Part shown: piece by piece, positions 29,857-42,450 of the stretch
Layout: every line of letters starts with the position of its first letter
Numbering within the stretch: the first letter of the stretch is position 1
Assembly: GCA_951406725.2 (NCBI GenBank)
Contig: OX597815.1
Location: 22,382,001-22,446,000, forward strand
DNA: 64,000 nucleotides
From: Octopus vulgaris
Lineage: Eukaryota
Direction of reading: 5' to 3'
The notes under the pieces: model-generated
Databases searched by the model: none
What the model was told of the DNA's origin: nothing
What the model saw: the letters and a program-made list of their open reading frames with translations, nothing else
Program-made: the position numbers and the translations under genes

Positions 29857-31213
29857 CAAGTATGATCCAGAAATTGTTTTACTACCATATATCCTACATA
29901 TTTATGTGTCTGTGTGTGAGGGTGGGTGTTCGTGCGTGTATGTAATGTGCGACCGTGTGTCTATATGCGCGTATATATTTAATAATCTGAATATTTGTTA
30001 GTAAGGAGTTGGTAACCCATATGAGAAAGACTTTGAAGAAGCATTAACAGAATTATTTGTCGTGTATTCTAGCCTTCATTTACTAACATCTAATTCACTT
30101 AAGTAGATGAAGATAATGTGTCAAAAAATGCAATGAGCATAAAAGATCAATAATTATGTATTGTCTTAAATCACTTATGGAGAAGTAAAATTCCCAGTAA
30201 TTTCTTTTATTTTCAGTTATACCTAAATTCAAATATAGTCAAGGATGTAAGATATTGAAGTATTCAATACTTACTCTCTGTTGTATCCTAGATTATTTTT
30301 TGGTAGTAATGAAAAAAATATATATATTTGAAATTCCCTTCTGTTTCATTATGCATACATTCACAGTAAACAAGATCATCTGTTTCCAATTATACATACA
30401 TGCGCGCTTGCACGCACATATGCATGTATTTTGATGTATCCTTGTAGATGAAATTAAAAGCTGAAGAGACAGACACATGCCTGCACCATCTACATGTGCG
30501 TGTGTGCGTGTGCGTGTGTGTGTATGTGTGTAGGTAGGTAGATGTGATTGTATCTAAGTGTACTTGTGTGCGTGTGTGTTTTTATGTGTTCATGTGGCGC
30601 ATGTGGGTGTCTGTTTCTTTCTTCAAGTATAATTTTCACCTACCAGGATTTAATTGTGTCTTCCGAGAATTTATTATGACTCCATACAATCATCACCTTG
30701 TAGCAGCTTACACTTACCGAAATCGACAAACATATCTAATTTACGTTAATTATACCCTCATTAAATTATACTATGTTTATACTCGATACCCCGTTTATTA
30801 TTTTATCTGTCTTTGTATTCTATCGAAAGAGGTAGAGAGACTCTAAAAGGCGTTTGTAGATTGCTCGTAGCACCGTATCCTGTTTCTCATATTTTCAAAG
30901 TAATATTTTAAAGATATTTTAGATGTTTGACGTCTTGCTACTGTTTCTAATTTCGTTTCCATAAATGACACTACATAACAATTTTTAAGTGACATTCGTT
31001 GATATTTCTCAAAAATAGTATTAAAAATTCACTGTAGAAAATTCTCAATAGATAATTTTCATTTTTACCTCAAAGGTAGTGAGGAAATCTCACTGCTATT
31101 TTACAGATCTTAATTTGCTTTAGATATTCGTTTCAAATCAAACCAACATTTTATAGTGAAATCAAACAATGATAAATCTCAGAGCGAGTTATAAACAGTA
31201 GCGGCAACACATC

Positions 31214-31338
31214 GTGACGTATATTTGCCATTTGAATATGGCTAACCCCTAAGGGTGGATGTGTCTTCCTGGGGCTACAAACTACAGTAGCATCCACCCT
31301 TAGGGGTTAGCCATATTCAAATGGCAAATATACGTCAC
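31214..31338. repeat. Perfect 48-bp inverted repeat with 29-bp spacer
   Basis: Arms 31214-31261 and 31291-31338 are exact reverse complements. Confidence 0.95.
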
Positions 31339-32198
31339 AACATTTTATAATTGTATATAAACTCAAACAAAAACTTGGATAGCGGGTCAACTATTATAGC
31401 GTACCTACTACAATTATTTAATCCGATTCCGATACAATACTTAATGGCCTCTGACCATCCGATGTGGCTGGTCTTGAACCTCTTCCACTCAGGTAGTCCC
31501 GACTCACTCTCTTTCCACTCACGCTTGTTGCTCCCACTTTCCAAGTGCTGCCCTAATTGCTGCGCACAGTTCTTCCTCCCATTTAACATCATCCTAATGA
31601 TAGCGTACATAGTTCAAATATGGGGCGGCAAAAATGTTTCCCGATTACAACTGAAATATAATAGTCAGCAGTGTAATGCTCTCTTCTTAAGATTACCCCC
31701 TTACCTGTTTTAATAGCAGCAGTATTCTTTGTTCTTTGGCCCGCATCTGGCTCAAAAGTCAATGAAGTTTTGTATCACTGGACCATCGGGATTTAAGCAC
31801 TTACCCAACACTGGAAGATACCCAGCTCTTGTCTCGATATTGAAGTACTTTTCCCTGGTTCATGCTCGAAATGGGTGTCTGGGAATTCTGGGTCGCTCAG
31901 ACACTAGAAATTTCCTGCTCTCAACCTCGTGCAGGGCAGTATATGGTGTCAAACATACTTCAGGAGATTATGAAAGAGTATTGAGTCGAACACGAAACTG
32001 CCACCAAACAGGATTTAGTATAAAGTTTACTCCTTACTATAAAGTTTAATCCTTTCACAACGAAGTGAGCCTATTGACTCGTAGCTAAGGATCCATAACC
32101 CTAGATAGAGCCCGCTGATTGTGTCATGCAAGGTCATCGCAAAAACACTGAAGTAGTGTTTGTAGTCTTAACTCACTACCTAAAATATTATCAATGTA

Positions 32199-32306
32199 CG
32201 GGCATTGTACGTAGTGGTTAAGAGCGCGAGCTACTAACCCCAAGATTCCGAGTTCGATTCCAGGCAGTGACCTGAGTACTACTACTACTACTACTACTAC
32301 TACTAT

Positions 32307-32338
<32 letters not shown>

Positions 32339-32357
32339 ATAATAATAATAATAATAA

Positions 32358-32388
<31 letters not shown>

Positions 32389-32612
32389 AAGAAGAAGAAG
32401 AAGAAGAAGAACAACAACAACAACAACATAGAAAAATACCTTAGGAATGAGAACCCAGGTTCGAAATTCCCCCCAAGACACCTGATGAAGGCTGGAAGGT
32501 ATATCAGCCGAAACGTTATGTCAACAACCCACAAGATGAGGACAAATATTCCGTCAATTGTAAATAACGTAAATAATGTACATAATTTCTCATCTCTTAA
32601 ATATAGAACTAA
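32199..32612 (+). mobile_element. tRNA-headed SINE containing a compound microsatellite and a hammerhead-ribozyme motif
   Basis: A box GTACGTAGTGG, B box GAGTTCGATTCC, 12-bp TSD ATTATCAATGTA at 32187-32198 and 32613-32624. Confidence 0.85.
32477..32522 (+). ncRNA. Minimal type I hammerhead ribozyme motif
   Basis: GACAC-CUGAUGA-A-GGCUG[loop]CAGCC-GAAA-CG-UU-AUGUC, with palindromic stem III (AACGUU) and one stem I mismatch. Confidence 0.7.
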
Positions 32613-33304
32613 ATTATCAATGTAGTTTTAAAAGTACAGTAAATGCCACTAGGATAAATCTGAATAATACTCAAGTTCATGTTGCGAAGGAGGTTATTAA
32701 GTGTATTGCCACACTGACAGTGATGTTTACCTTTCTTCTCGTCGTGTATTGAAAGTATTTTCAGTGAATCAAATCCCCAATGTAGTAATATATTTCCAAT
32801 GGAAGAAAGACAATGTATGAGGTTATGTCATGTGTGTATGTATATGTGAGAACGTATATTGTGTATTTTGTTCTTTTCTGCTCTCATTGGCATTTATTAT
32901 GGTATTTTCCCAGAGGAGAGGAGAGAATTTTTAGCCAAGCGACAAGCTTGCTTCAGACCAAATCAGAATCATGAATTATGAGATTGCTCATATTTTGTTA
33001 TGTATTTCTCTCTCTCTCTCGCTCTCTCTCTGTCTCCCTCTCTCTCTCTCTCTCTCCCTCCCCCTCTCTCTCTCCATTCATCCGTCCGTCCGTCTGTCTA
33101 TATGTCTATCTATGCTCTCGCTTGATTCAGAATCAGTAAATATATCAATAATATTGATTTTAAAGTTTCTTTAGTTAAAATATATTTACTGGTTAACATA
33201 TGTAGTAGCTATGTATGTATCTCTCCAAGAAAGAGAGAGATGCTTTCTAAGAAATAGGAGCTCCATTACTAGGATTTTGACACTATCAACATAATGAATT
33301 TTAG

Positions 33305-33455
33305 GAAAGTAGGGGGTTCGATCCCCTTGTTCGCAATTTTATCGGATGCAGCTGTGCATCGTTAACCAGCTAAAGGAGATGTCTTCTTGGGGTTAAAAAA
33401 TCGCAGTAGAGTCCGTTCGAAAGGATAGCCATGTTAAAGTGGCTACGAAAATTAC
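33305..33455 (-). repeat. Dispersed repeat, possible LTR 5' fragment (copy 1)
   Basis: Diverged direct repeat of 35005-35153. Confidence 0.6.
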
Positions 33456-33559
33456 TTATCAGTACAACTACTGCGTTGATCTCTTAGAGAGATTTTAATC
33501 TAGCATCTTTGCTTGTTGCAAAATCAGTGACTGTATGTTCGCTTGAAATATATATATTC

Positions 33560-34722
33560 GTCAGGGGTGTCCCCCTGTATATCTTTCTGTATGTACTGGC
33601 TTTTGAGCTATTGCTACGAAGGCTGGAGTGTTTGGTGGGGGGGGGGCGTTCCCCCAATGAACTGGGATGTGGTAAGTCTGTTTCTGCATATACGGATGAC
33701 ATCACCATCACCGTGTTTGATGAAGGTCAGCTACCTTGTGTTGAGGATGCTATCAAAGGATACGAGGCAATGGCAAGTCCATCGGTTTGCGACTCAGCAC
33801 CTGGAGTAGCAAGGCGATACCGTATAGTGTCGTGAGGCACTGCAAAGAAGGTCTTGTTCAGTTGCTTGTAGTCTGGCTTGGACCGGATCTCCAGACGGAG
33901 AAGAATTGGAGTGAGATGGCAGACAGGGTGGCCGCCCTAACCCTGGTCTGGAAGGGCGCTATCCCTGAAAGGGAGGGCGGAGGTGGTACAGGTGTATATT
34001 GTATTTGTTATCACCTACCGTCTGACCGTTCTCCCTTGCTCTGATTCATGGCTAAGCAAGTTGGAATGCATTCTCTTTCGCTTTTTGTGGAGGGGAGAAA
34101 AACCGCTACCAAAAACTTATAAAGGGTTGGTTAGGGATGCCGTGGCTGATGATGCGCAGACATACGCTGTGGCTGAGGCACCTCTGGCTCTACCTGGAAG
34201 GTGAACAGGTGTGGAATCCTCTGGCAAAAACGTTCTTTCAGCGACGGACCTCTTTGGAGGAGTTTAAACCTAGTTTCCTAAAAAATCGTAACCTGACAGA
34301 ATGGCAAAAGAGTGCCGAAAGGCACTCGTGCTAATCGACAAGGCGGGCAAGGTCGGCAGCGGGAGTATACCTCGATACTCTATAGCGGGATGGTAAAGTT
34401 CAAGAAGGATGACGTCCTAGGAGAGACTCTGGGGCTCGATGAGGGTCAGTTAGCCAACCTGTTCAAAAGATCTTTCGGGTTGGGGTACCTGGATGACTAC
34501 CAGAAATCTCTGGCCTGGCAATGCTATAAAAGTGCTTTACTTGTTCGCGATAAACTGCCTAGGCATGGAATGTCTGTGCAACTGGCATGCCCAAGGTGCG
34601 GGCAGGATGATGAAACCGTTCTGCACGCCCTTGTTCAGTGTCCGGAGCTCTCAGGCTTGATAATTTACGCAGAGCACGTAAAGGATGTGGAAAGAAAGTT
34701 GGGGATGAATGACCCTGCTTAA
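33560..34722 (+). mobile_element. Defective Tx1/L1-clade LINE fragment (RT C-terminus and zinc knuckle)
   Basis: RQGCP, YVLAFELLLRRL, VSAYTDDITI, LFRFLWRG, CPRCGQDDETVLHALVQC. Confidence 0.85.
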
Positions 34723-35004
34723 TTTTAACCATAGTAAAGTAGTATGGTGTAGCCGGTGGACTTCACGGCCAATGTTTAAAAATGTTTAATTATATATAAA
34801 CACATCATCATATTTTTAAAGCCCATTTATGAACCCATGAACACTTTTCGTTTGTGATGTCCTATATTGTCCTCTCTATGTCCGATAAATATTATCAAAC
34901 TAAAGAATATCTCTAGCAGACGAGGTGTCCAGTATTGAGGAATCGCAGAAATATCCTAAAGCCAGGACTGGTCTACTGGTCCCGTCGTTAGGAGATGGTA
35001 GGGT

Positions 35005-35153
35005 TCCGTAGGGTTTCGCTCCCCTGCTCGCAGTTTTATCGAGTGCAGCTGTGCATCGTTAAGCAGTTAGAGGAGATGTCCTACTGGGGTTAAAAATCGC
35101 AGTAGAGTCCGCTCGAACGGGCAGCCATGTTAAAGTGACTACGAATATTACTC
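35005..35153 (-). repeat. Dispersed repeat, possible LTR 5' fragment (copy 2)
   Basis: Diverged direct repeat of 33305-33455. Confidence 0.6.
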
Positions 35154-35984
35154 ATATATGATTACCGTTTGTTTCACTAACAGATAGCATTTGTAAACTG
35201 TATGTTAGCCGGTCTTTTTCTTTTTTTTTTTTTGGATACAAATCCTAGTTTATCTCGATTATAATTTAAATATTTAACATAACTGAGTGCAACAATAGTT
35301 ATCGGTATTTCAAAGCAGCTGTCCATAAATATTCCCCTTCTCGTTGATTTTGAAATAGATCTTTTACTTGTTTCAGCCATTATACTGCGTTCATGCTGGA
35401 GCACAACCTTGAAGAATCTTAGTCGAATGAATCAATGGGGTAGATAGAGAAACCATTGATGCAAAGACAATATTTCTCCGTTCAGTTGCTAAATATGAAC
35501 ATTTCTTTTGGGCTAATTGCATCCCTGTATCAGCGAAAAATACACGTGGGTATAGGGTTTGAATAGTGTGTTCACATTCGGCTCTATAAATTCTGGAAGT
35601 GTTGGTTGGATATCTGTTTCATGATGACGCTCGATTGTGTGCATATTCAGCCATATAACACTTTCAAATTTTAGAAAAATTGGAAATATTATACTGAAGA
35701 GAGAAGTAAGTAAAATTTAAATTACTTTAATCTCGAAACGCGTATATAATTAATCCTGATCGTGTTGATTCATTGTTTTTCTTTTTGCCTTTGTAAAAGA
35801 GTATGTTTACCGTCAGAGAGATTATTATAGTTGTAGGAAAGGAATTTTAAACTCCTATTTCTAATTTCGTTATGTGGTGAAGCAGTTAGCTGAACCCTAA
35901 TGATAATTATTTATACATACATACATATATATACATATATATATACATACACTGACATATATATATGTATGTATGTGTGTGTAT

Positions 35985-36186
35985 ATGTTTGTGCGTCTGT
36001 GTTTGTCACTTCAATATCGCTTGACAACTGATGCTGGTGTGTTTACGTCCCCATAACTTAGCGGTTCGGCAGAAGAGACCGATAGAATAAGTACTAGGCT
36101 TACAAAGAATAAGTCCTGGGGTCGATTTGCTCGACTAAAGGCGGTGCTCCATCATGCCCACTGAAACAAGTAAAAGAGTAAAAAGA

Positions 36187-36190
<4 letters not shown>
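35985..36190 (+). mobile_element. SINE family A, 3' half
   Basis: TCGCTTGACAAC.GATGCTGG...GTAAAAGAGTA tail. Confidence 0.75.
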
Positions 36191-36240
<50 letters not shown>

Positions 36241-37288
36241 ATATTTAATACTCTTGTATGCAGTCACACTTAATATTCTGTCATCAGTGTCAAGACACTT
36301 AATTCTTTTCATCTTTGTCTGGTTAATTGTAAATAGGTGCCATTGTTGTTACAGCTCATCTCTTTTGAGTTCCCTATTAAGCATTTCTCTTCTAGTAATT
36401 GGATTAAAAGGTCACATAGGAATGAGATTGCAAGTATTTTGTTAGTTGATATGCTATTTAGTGATTAAACCTATGGTTTCTATTACTACTTTGGGAATTA
36501 GAAATACCCTTTCAGCAAAGGATGGATGAATAGCTTATTTGCATGCATTAATACACATCAGAGGCAAACTATAAGTATCCCTTTGCGCCATGGAAGAGGT
36601 AGAAGGCTTGTATAACACTGTGTGAGTTCTTCGACTAATTTCTAGATCACCTAACCTAATGTAAATACATATTTAGCTGCCATAGTTAATTATCTTGTTG
36701 AATCCGTTAGGGAACATATCTAGATTTAGAAACAAATACCAAATCAAAAGTAAGATATACGCCGAAATAACTAAGAGCAGTTTCTTGTTAGAAAGATGAC
36801 ACTTTATTATGAGAATTACCTTCGTTTAACATTGGCCTTAAAATATACTAACATAAACAACATAATTGTGTTTCTACATTAGGATTTAACGAATTTCTTC
36901 ATTATCTCCTCATGACTCTCTTCCCACTCTTACACTGTTTATATATATTTATGTGGCTCCCTTTTTTTTTTTTATCTAAGTTGTTTTCTTGCCTAAACTT
37001 TGATGTTTATTTATTCTATTCTTCCTTTTTCTCTCGCTAGTTATGAAGACTAAGTTTGGTTGAATAACAACGAAGCATGAACATGACGGTAGGGATAGTC
37101 TCTAGTTTGCACCGATGCAAATAATCATCAATATTTATGAACTTTTCAGTTGGTGACTCAAAGAGTTACCCCCCTATAGAAGACTTTACATTCTTTAGTT
37201 ACTGCTAGCACCATCTTTTAAAATTAAAAATTGTAGTAAACAAGTTTAATATAACAGCAAAACAGGAAGATAAGGTGAAACGTATATA

Positions 37289-37675
37289 TACTCTTTTACT
37301 TGTTTCAGTCATTTGACTGCGGCCATGCTGGAGCACCGCGCCTTTAATCGAGCAACTCTTCTTTTGTAAGCCCAGTACTTATTCTATCGGTCTCTTTTTG
37401 CCGAACCGCTAAGTAACAGGGACGTAAACACACCAGCATCGGTTGTCAAGCAATGCTAGGGGGACAAACACAGACACACAAACACACATACATATATATA
37501 TATACATATATACGACGGGCTTCTTTCAGTTTCCGTCTACCAAATCCACTCACAAGGCATTGGTCAGCCCGGGGCTATAGCAGAAGACACTTGCCCAAGG
37601 TGCCACGCTGTGGAACTGAACCCGGAACCATGTGGTTGGTTAGCAAGCTACTTACCACACAGCCACTCCTGCGCC
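37289..37675 (-). mobile_element. SINE family A, full length
   Basis: tRNA head GGCGCAGGAGTGGCTGTGTGG, CORE-like CCTTGGGCAAGTG, AAAAGAGT tail. Confidence 0.88.
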
Positions 37676-38038
37676 TATATATGAAACGTTTTTTGAAAAG
37701 CATTGTATCTTAGTTTGAAAGATTTTTCAAGCAAGTAGATTCCCAATCTTTAGGCAATGATGACCAGGAGGACACCCTATTTCTGAGGAGGAAGCAAAAA
37801 ATAATAATAGTTTACAGATTCTCTTCGTATGTCTACTTAGTCGCCAAGTTCGATTAAGTACTTTTAAATGTATTTTATAGTTGAAATTCTTAATGATATG
37901 AAGAAATTATGTAACTAAGTTTATGAAAGATTTCTCGGTTCGTTTTATTGAATGTATAGATTAAGTCAGCATGTCTAATGATTTCTTGCAATTATTGAAT
38001 TCTATGGAAGCAAAGAAAACTTTAATCGGTATAACTTA

Positions 38039-38273
38039 AGGCGGAGAGCTGGCAGTATCGTTAGCACGTCGGGCGAAATGCTTAGCGGTATTTCGTCTGC
38101 CGTTACATTCTGAGTTCAAATTCCGCCGAGGTCGACTTTACCTTTCATCCTTTCGGGGTCGATAAATTAAGTACCAGTTACGCACTGAGGTCGATGTAAT
38201 CGACTTAATACCTATGTCTGTCCTTGTTTGTCCCCTCTGTGTTTAGCCCCTTGTGGGTAATAAAGAAATAGGT
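38039..38273 (+). mobile_element. SINE family B
   Basis: Full family B sequence ending GTAATAAAGAAATAGG. Confidence 0.85.
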
Positions 38274-38674
38274 ATATTAGAGATGAAGATCAACGTGAAA
38301 TATTATATATATTATATATAAGAAATAGGTATAACTTGATGGGAAAACTATAATTCAATGTATAAGAGAGTAAATATTCAGGGACACCAAATAAATAAAG
38401 ATATTGATTGATTGAGTAAAAGAATCGCGAAAGAGGCACACGGCTTTAATAAACTAGGCATCGGTTGGTATAAGAAACAGCAATCTTACTCATGTTAAAT
38501 TTCAATGAAGAATTTCAATGGCAAGTATTTTCGTCATCATATATATTCTAAAGAATTTTTGACAGTATGCATGTTTTAACGTATTCACATTCATTACAAA
38601 TGCATACACATGCCAAATATTTTATAGAAAAAGAATTTAGGCAAAACTTAATCACTAATCAATAGTATTCTTAC

Positions 38675-38776
38675 CTCGATTTATTGGTTTGTTGTTTGTG
38701 TCATTTAATGATGGTGTTGCAAACGTTGACTGCCTAGGGTATATCTTTACATCTCGATCACAGTTACATTCCATTG
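38675..38776 (-). CDS. RET: Probable extra RET stalk exon: SMECNCDRDVKIYPRQSTFATPSLNDTNNKPINR
   Basis: Acceptor attgttttgtag|CA, donor GAG|gtaaga, 102 nt, phase 1-1, open in the required frame. No homology support from known RET. Confidence 0.65.
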
Positions 38777-40062
38777 CTACAAAACAATAATAGTCATATT
38801 CAAATATTTCATATATTGTAATAGATATCAGAAGTCACTTTCGATGTCGTAAAAAAATACGGTGAGACTGATAAAAATTTATCGCTTCGTTTCATCTCTG
38901 AGATGGATTTCATTACAATAGATAGAAGTACTGAACTGATATTAATTCTTTATGTATTTTCTCCAACTGCTACGGGGCTAGAAATTCATGTTGCAGGGTC
39001 AGTAAATTTATTTTCAGATATATTCAACTGCTATACGAGGAGTCTTTTGTCGATGAGATTAACATCAGGCGTGTATCCAATAAGTTAGTTTAACCTACAG
39101 CAAGCACAAATACATTCTTGAAAGTTCGAACAATGAATTACAGGCTATAAACACAAAAACTGATGTCTTAATAATGTAAATTACCTTCACCGTTAACCAG
39201 AAGTAAATGCTGAAAATTAAAGTAAATGAATAATGATTTAAGACTTATTATGTTGCATTTTATCAAGATTTGACTCCTCAAATTATCTTTGTTCTTACAG
39301 GTTAAAATAAAGGCTGTTACCATGAGGTTGTATGTAGCATAGCCTTTAATACCGAAAATCCGTTCAGTCATGAACAAAATTTTGCTCAATAGTTTTCGCA
39401 TTGATTTAAGTCTAGATGCCTCGCACCGGATTAAGAATTCCAAAAGCTTAGAACTGTAGACAAGCAGCAATTTTTAAAACAAAAGGTATTGTTAATATTA
39501 AAAAATGCGATTATGATAAAACGTAGAAACATTATAAATGTGTGCTCAAATTTATTTCAAATTCATGAATCGTATACGAGGATTTCTTACGAAGCAGCTA
39601 TGGTTTACACTTTAAGGTAGAATGAGATTGATATTCTTTTCTATTTTATGGACATCACGCACGGAACTAAAGTGAAATAAAAACTGCTGGGTCGAATTAC
39701 ACAATAGGGAAATATTTCATGAAGTACAAGATAAGTAAAAAGTGATACATCACACTCGCTGATATGTGAAATAGCATTTGCAAAAGTTGGAAAGATTTTT
39801 TTTAATATGCAGATATTTGTTCATTTGTGGAAAGTTTCAGGCTATCATAAGCATGTTTCTGTTAAGTGTTTTTTTATTTTTATCTGTAATACTTACTTCC
39901 ATATGTTTATGTTTTTTATATATATATATATACTTCTGAAAGTACTTTGACTGTGGAGAAAAGCATCTCAAAAAGTAACCCCGCCCTAGTTGCTACAAAG
40001 AACAGTGTGGTCACTATACTTATTAAAGAAAAAAATGTATATTGAATTATCTAAATTACACT

Positions 40063-40136
40063 AGGTCTGGCAATCGAAACGCGATCCTCTGTCCGAGAGC
40101 CCGCTGCCGTAACCACTGGGCCATTACGCCTCCACA
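40063..40136 (-). mobile_element. Isolated tRNA-like head of an OR-type SINE
   Basis: Reverse complement matches the start of 26293-26366. Confidence 0.65.
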
Positions 40137-40475
40137 GTAAACTGTACGTAACTTACGAAAAAACATTTTTTCGCCATCTAAAAATAGACTTAAAAACCAA
40201 TTAAATACCTTAAACAATAAAGCCAACAGAATCTTTTGACTGAATTTGACCTCACTATGATAAATAACATAGCTTGAATTGCTTATATTTATCATCTCTG
40301 GTGATATGAAAAGCACCTGGATGCTGTAATGTTTAAAATGTTATTGAGACACTAAACTTAGACACCATAAAATAACTAATACAAACCTTATCAAGAATTC
40401 ATTTTCAAATTTGGCCCACATATCTAATACATCAATGTATACATCAAATTGTATAATTTAATCACTCTCATGAAA

Positions 40476-40870
40476 TCTTTATATATAAAAGTCAAGTTGT
40501 GTGTCTGTCTCCTACGATTTAGATTCCTAACTACTCCCACATTTTGCGGTGCAGTTTAACCAAAACCGGGTATCTTATAGTCGTGATTCATATCGAGCCC
40601 TTCTGGGTATTAACGCGCGTCTACGATGAATCTACGATTAAAAAAAAAATTACCATCATTTTTTTCCATTTTAATGCATTTTTTTCGCCATTATATAAGG
40701 GAAGTAACTCTCTAAAAATGTCTACGATGAGTCAACGATTTAAAAAAATTACCATCATTTTTTTCCATTTTTAATGCATTTTTTTTGCTATTTTTTGGCT
40801 ATAACTCTCTAAAAATGCTTATATAGTTATTTCCCTTACAAACCCGAGCAACGCCGGGCGACACTGCTAG
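40476..40870 (+). mobile_element. Non-autonomous Helitron, copy 1
   Basis: A|TC start, CTAG|T end, 3' hairpin CCCG-AGCAACGC-CGGG, no TSD. Confidence 0.85.
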
Positions 40871-41969
40871 TGAATTATACTACTTTAAAAGCGATATTAT
40901 TTGAGGCCTGTTACTTCTCTTATGACTTAAGTAGATGGTAAAATAAAATAACAAAAAGATGATTGATTACAAGAGGAAGAGCGAAGAAAACAATGTAAAG
41001 AGATCAAGAGCTGAAACAATAATCTGAAAGTAAACAGGCCCTAAAGCAAACGTTTTCAGATAATCGTATCGCAATATGATGTAAACGTTAGCTGGTGTAA
41101 GTTTATATATGTAACTAAAACGCTGCCAGCACATTCGGTTACCTCCTATCACAACCTCCTTAAGTAACTTCTATAACACACCGCTTCTTGCACCAACGTG
41201 TCTTTGGTGTAATGATATAGAAATAACTCATTTGTTACACCGCCTCTTAGAAACAAGAGAAAGTGGAAGTGTGTGTGTATGTGAGAGTGAGAGGCAGTCA
41301 GAGACAGAGAGGGAGAGAGAAAGAGAGAGGAAGATAAACAGATAGACAGTGTATGAAATGCACAGGGTGTCTACGCGACCCCGTGTGCGTGTGGTGTGTT
41401 GTTTACTGATAGAAAAGAATGTCTTCTGGCCAGCGTCATGTGTCGCTCGCTGCCTCAAAATATTTTCCCTCCTGCAAAGAAATTTCAGTGTATGCTAGAG
41501 GCTCACAGTGTCCAGCAAAAGGAGCTGCTAGATGGTCACTTGAACGGCTGGAAATAGCAGCTAATTTCCCACAGATAATATCATACCTACATTCTTAAAT
41601 AAAGAAAAATGTTAAACAATGCAGTTTCTCTCGCAGATTCACTTTCTTGTATTTAGACTTATTTCAGTCCATCTGGTTCACGCTGAGTTGTATATGTGTG
41701 AGTATGTGTGTGTTTCTGTGTGTGAGTCTGTATGTGTGAATGAGTGTGTAAGTGAGAATGTGTTTGTGCTTTCTAGTACAACGGACTTCTGTAGTTTTTG
41801 ACAGCAAAAACTGCAAGGCTTTGTTTAACCCTAGGTTATGGCTCGAAGGTAGTTGTGTAAGGTACTGCACAGTGAGACAGAACCTGAAACCACGTGGCTA
41901 CGAAGCTAGCTTCTTAGTGTCCCACATGCCTGATCTCATACCAAAAATATAGAATTGAAATGCTAATAA

Positions 41970-42322
41970 GGCGCAGGAGTGGCTGTGTGGTAAGTAGCTT
42001 GCTTACCAACCACATGGTTCCGGGTTCAGTCCCACTGCGTGGCATCTTGGGCAAGTGTCTTCTACTATAGCCTCGGGTCGACCAAAGCCTTGTGAGTGAA
42101 TTTGGTAGACGGAAACTGAAAGAAGCCCGTCGTATATATGTATATATATATGTGTGCGTGTGTGTTTATGTCCCCGTCACTTAGCGGTTCGGCAAAAGAA
42201 ACCGATAGAATAAGTACTGGGCTTACAAAGAATAAGTCCCGGGGTCGAGTTGCTCGACTAAAGGCGGTGCTCCAGCATGGCCACAGTCAAATGACTGAAA
42301 CAAGTAAAAGAGTAAAAGAGTA
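41970..42322 (+). mobile_element. SINE family A
   Basis: Head to tail family A copy with a small internal deletion. Confidence 0.88.
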
Positions 42323-42450
42323 AAATAATATAATCGTTATCATTTTTGTAATCATTATTGCCTTTGGTCACTTCGCTGCAATCAGCTTCATTGTGACTGC
42401 TCAGTTTTATATTATTTGCATAAGAAATAAAGAGTTTGTGTTCAACTTAC

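Noticed and set aside
31335-32049. Non-repetitive ORFs beside the fold-back as a nested gene
   Set aside because: No recognisable domain or splice structure; probably decayed transposon internal sequence.
33305-33455. Faint resemblance of the repeat to U1 snRNA
   Set aside because: Lacks the ATACTTACCTG 5' end and a proper Sm site; similarity too weak.
41228-41472. Possible minus-strand exon after tttctttgcag
   Set aside because: No convincing donor and no RET-like translation; runs into simple repeats.
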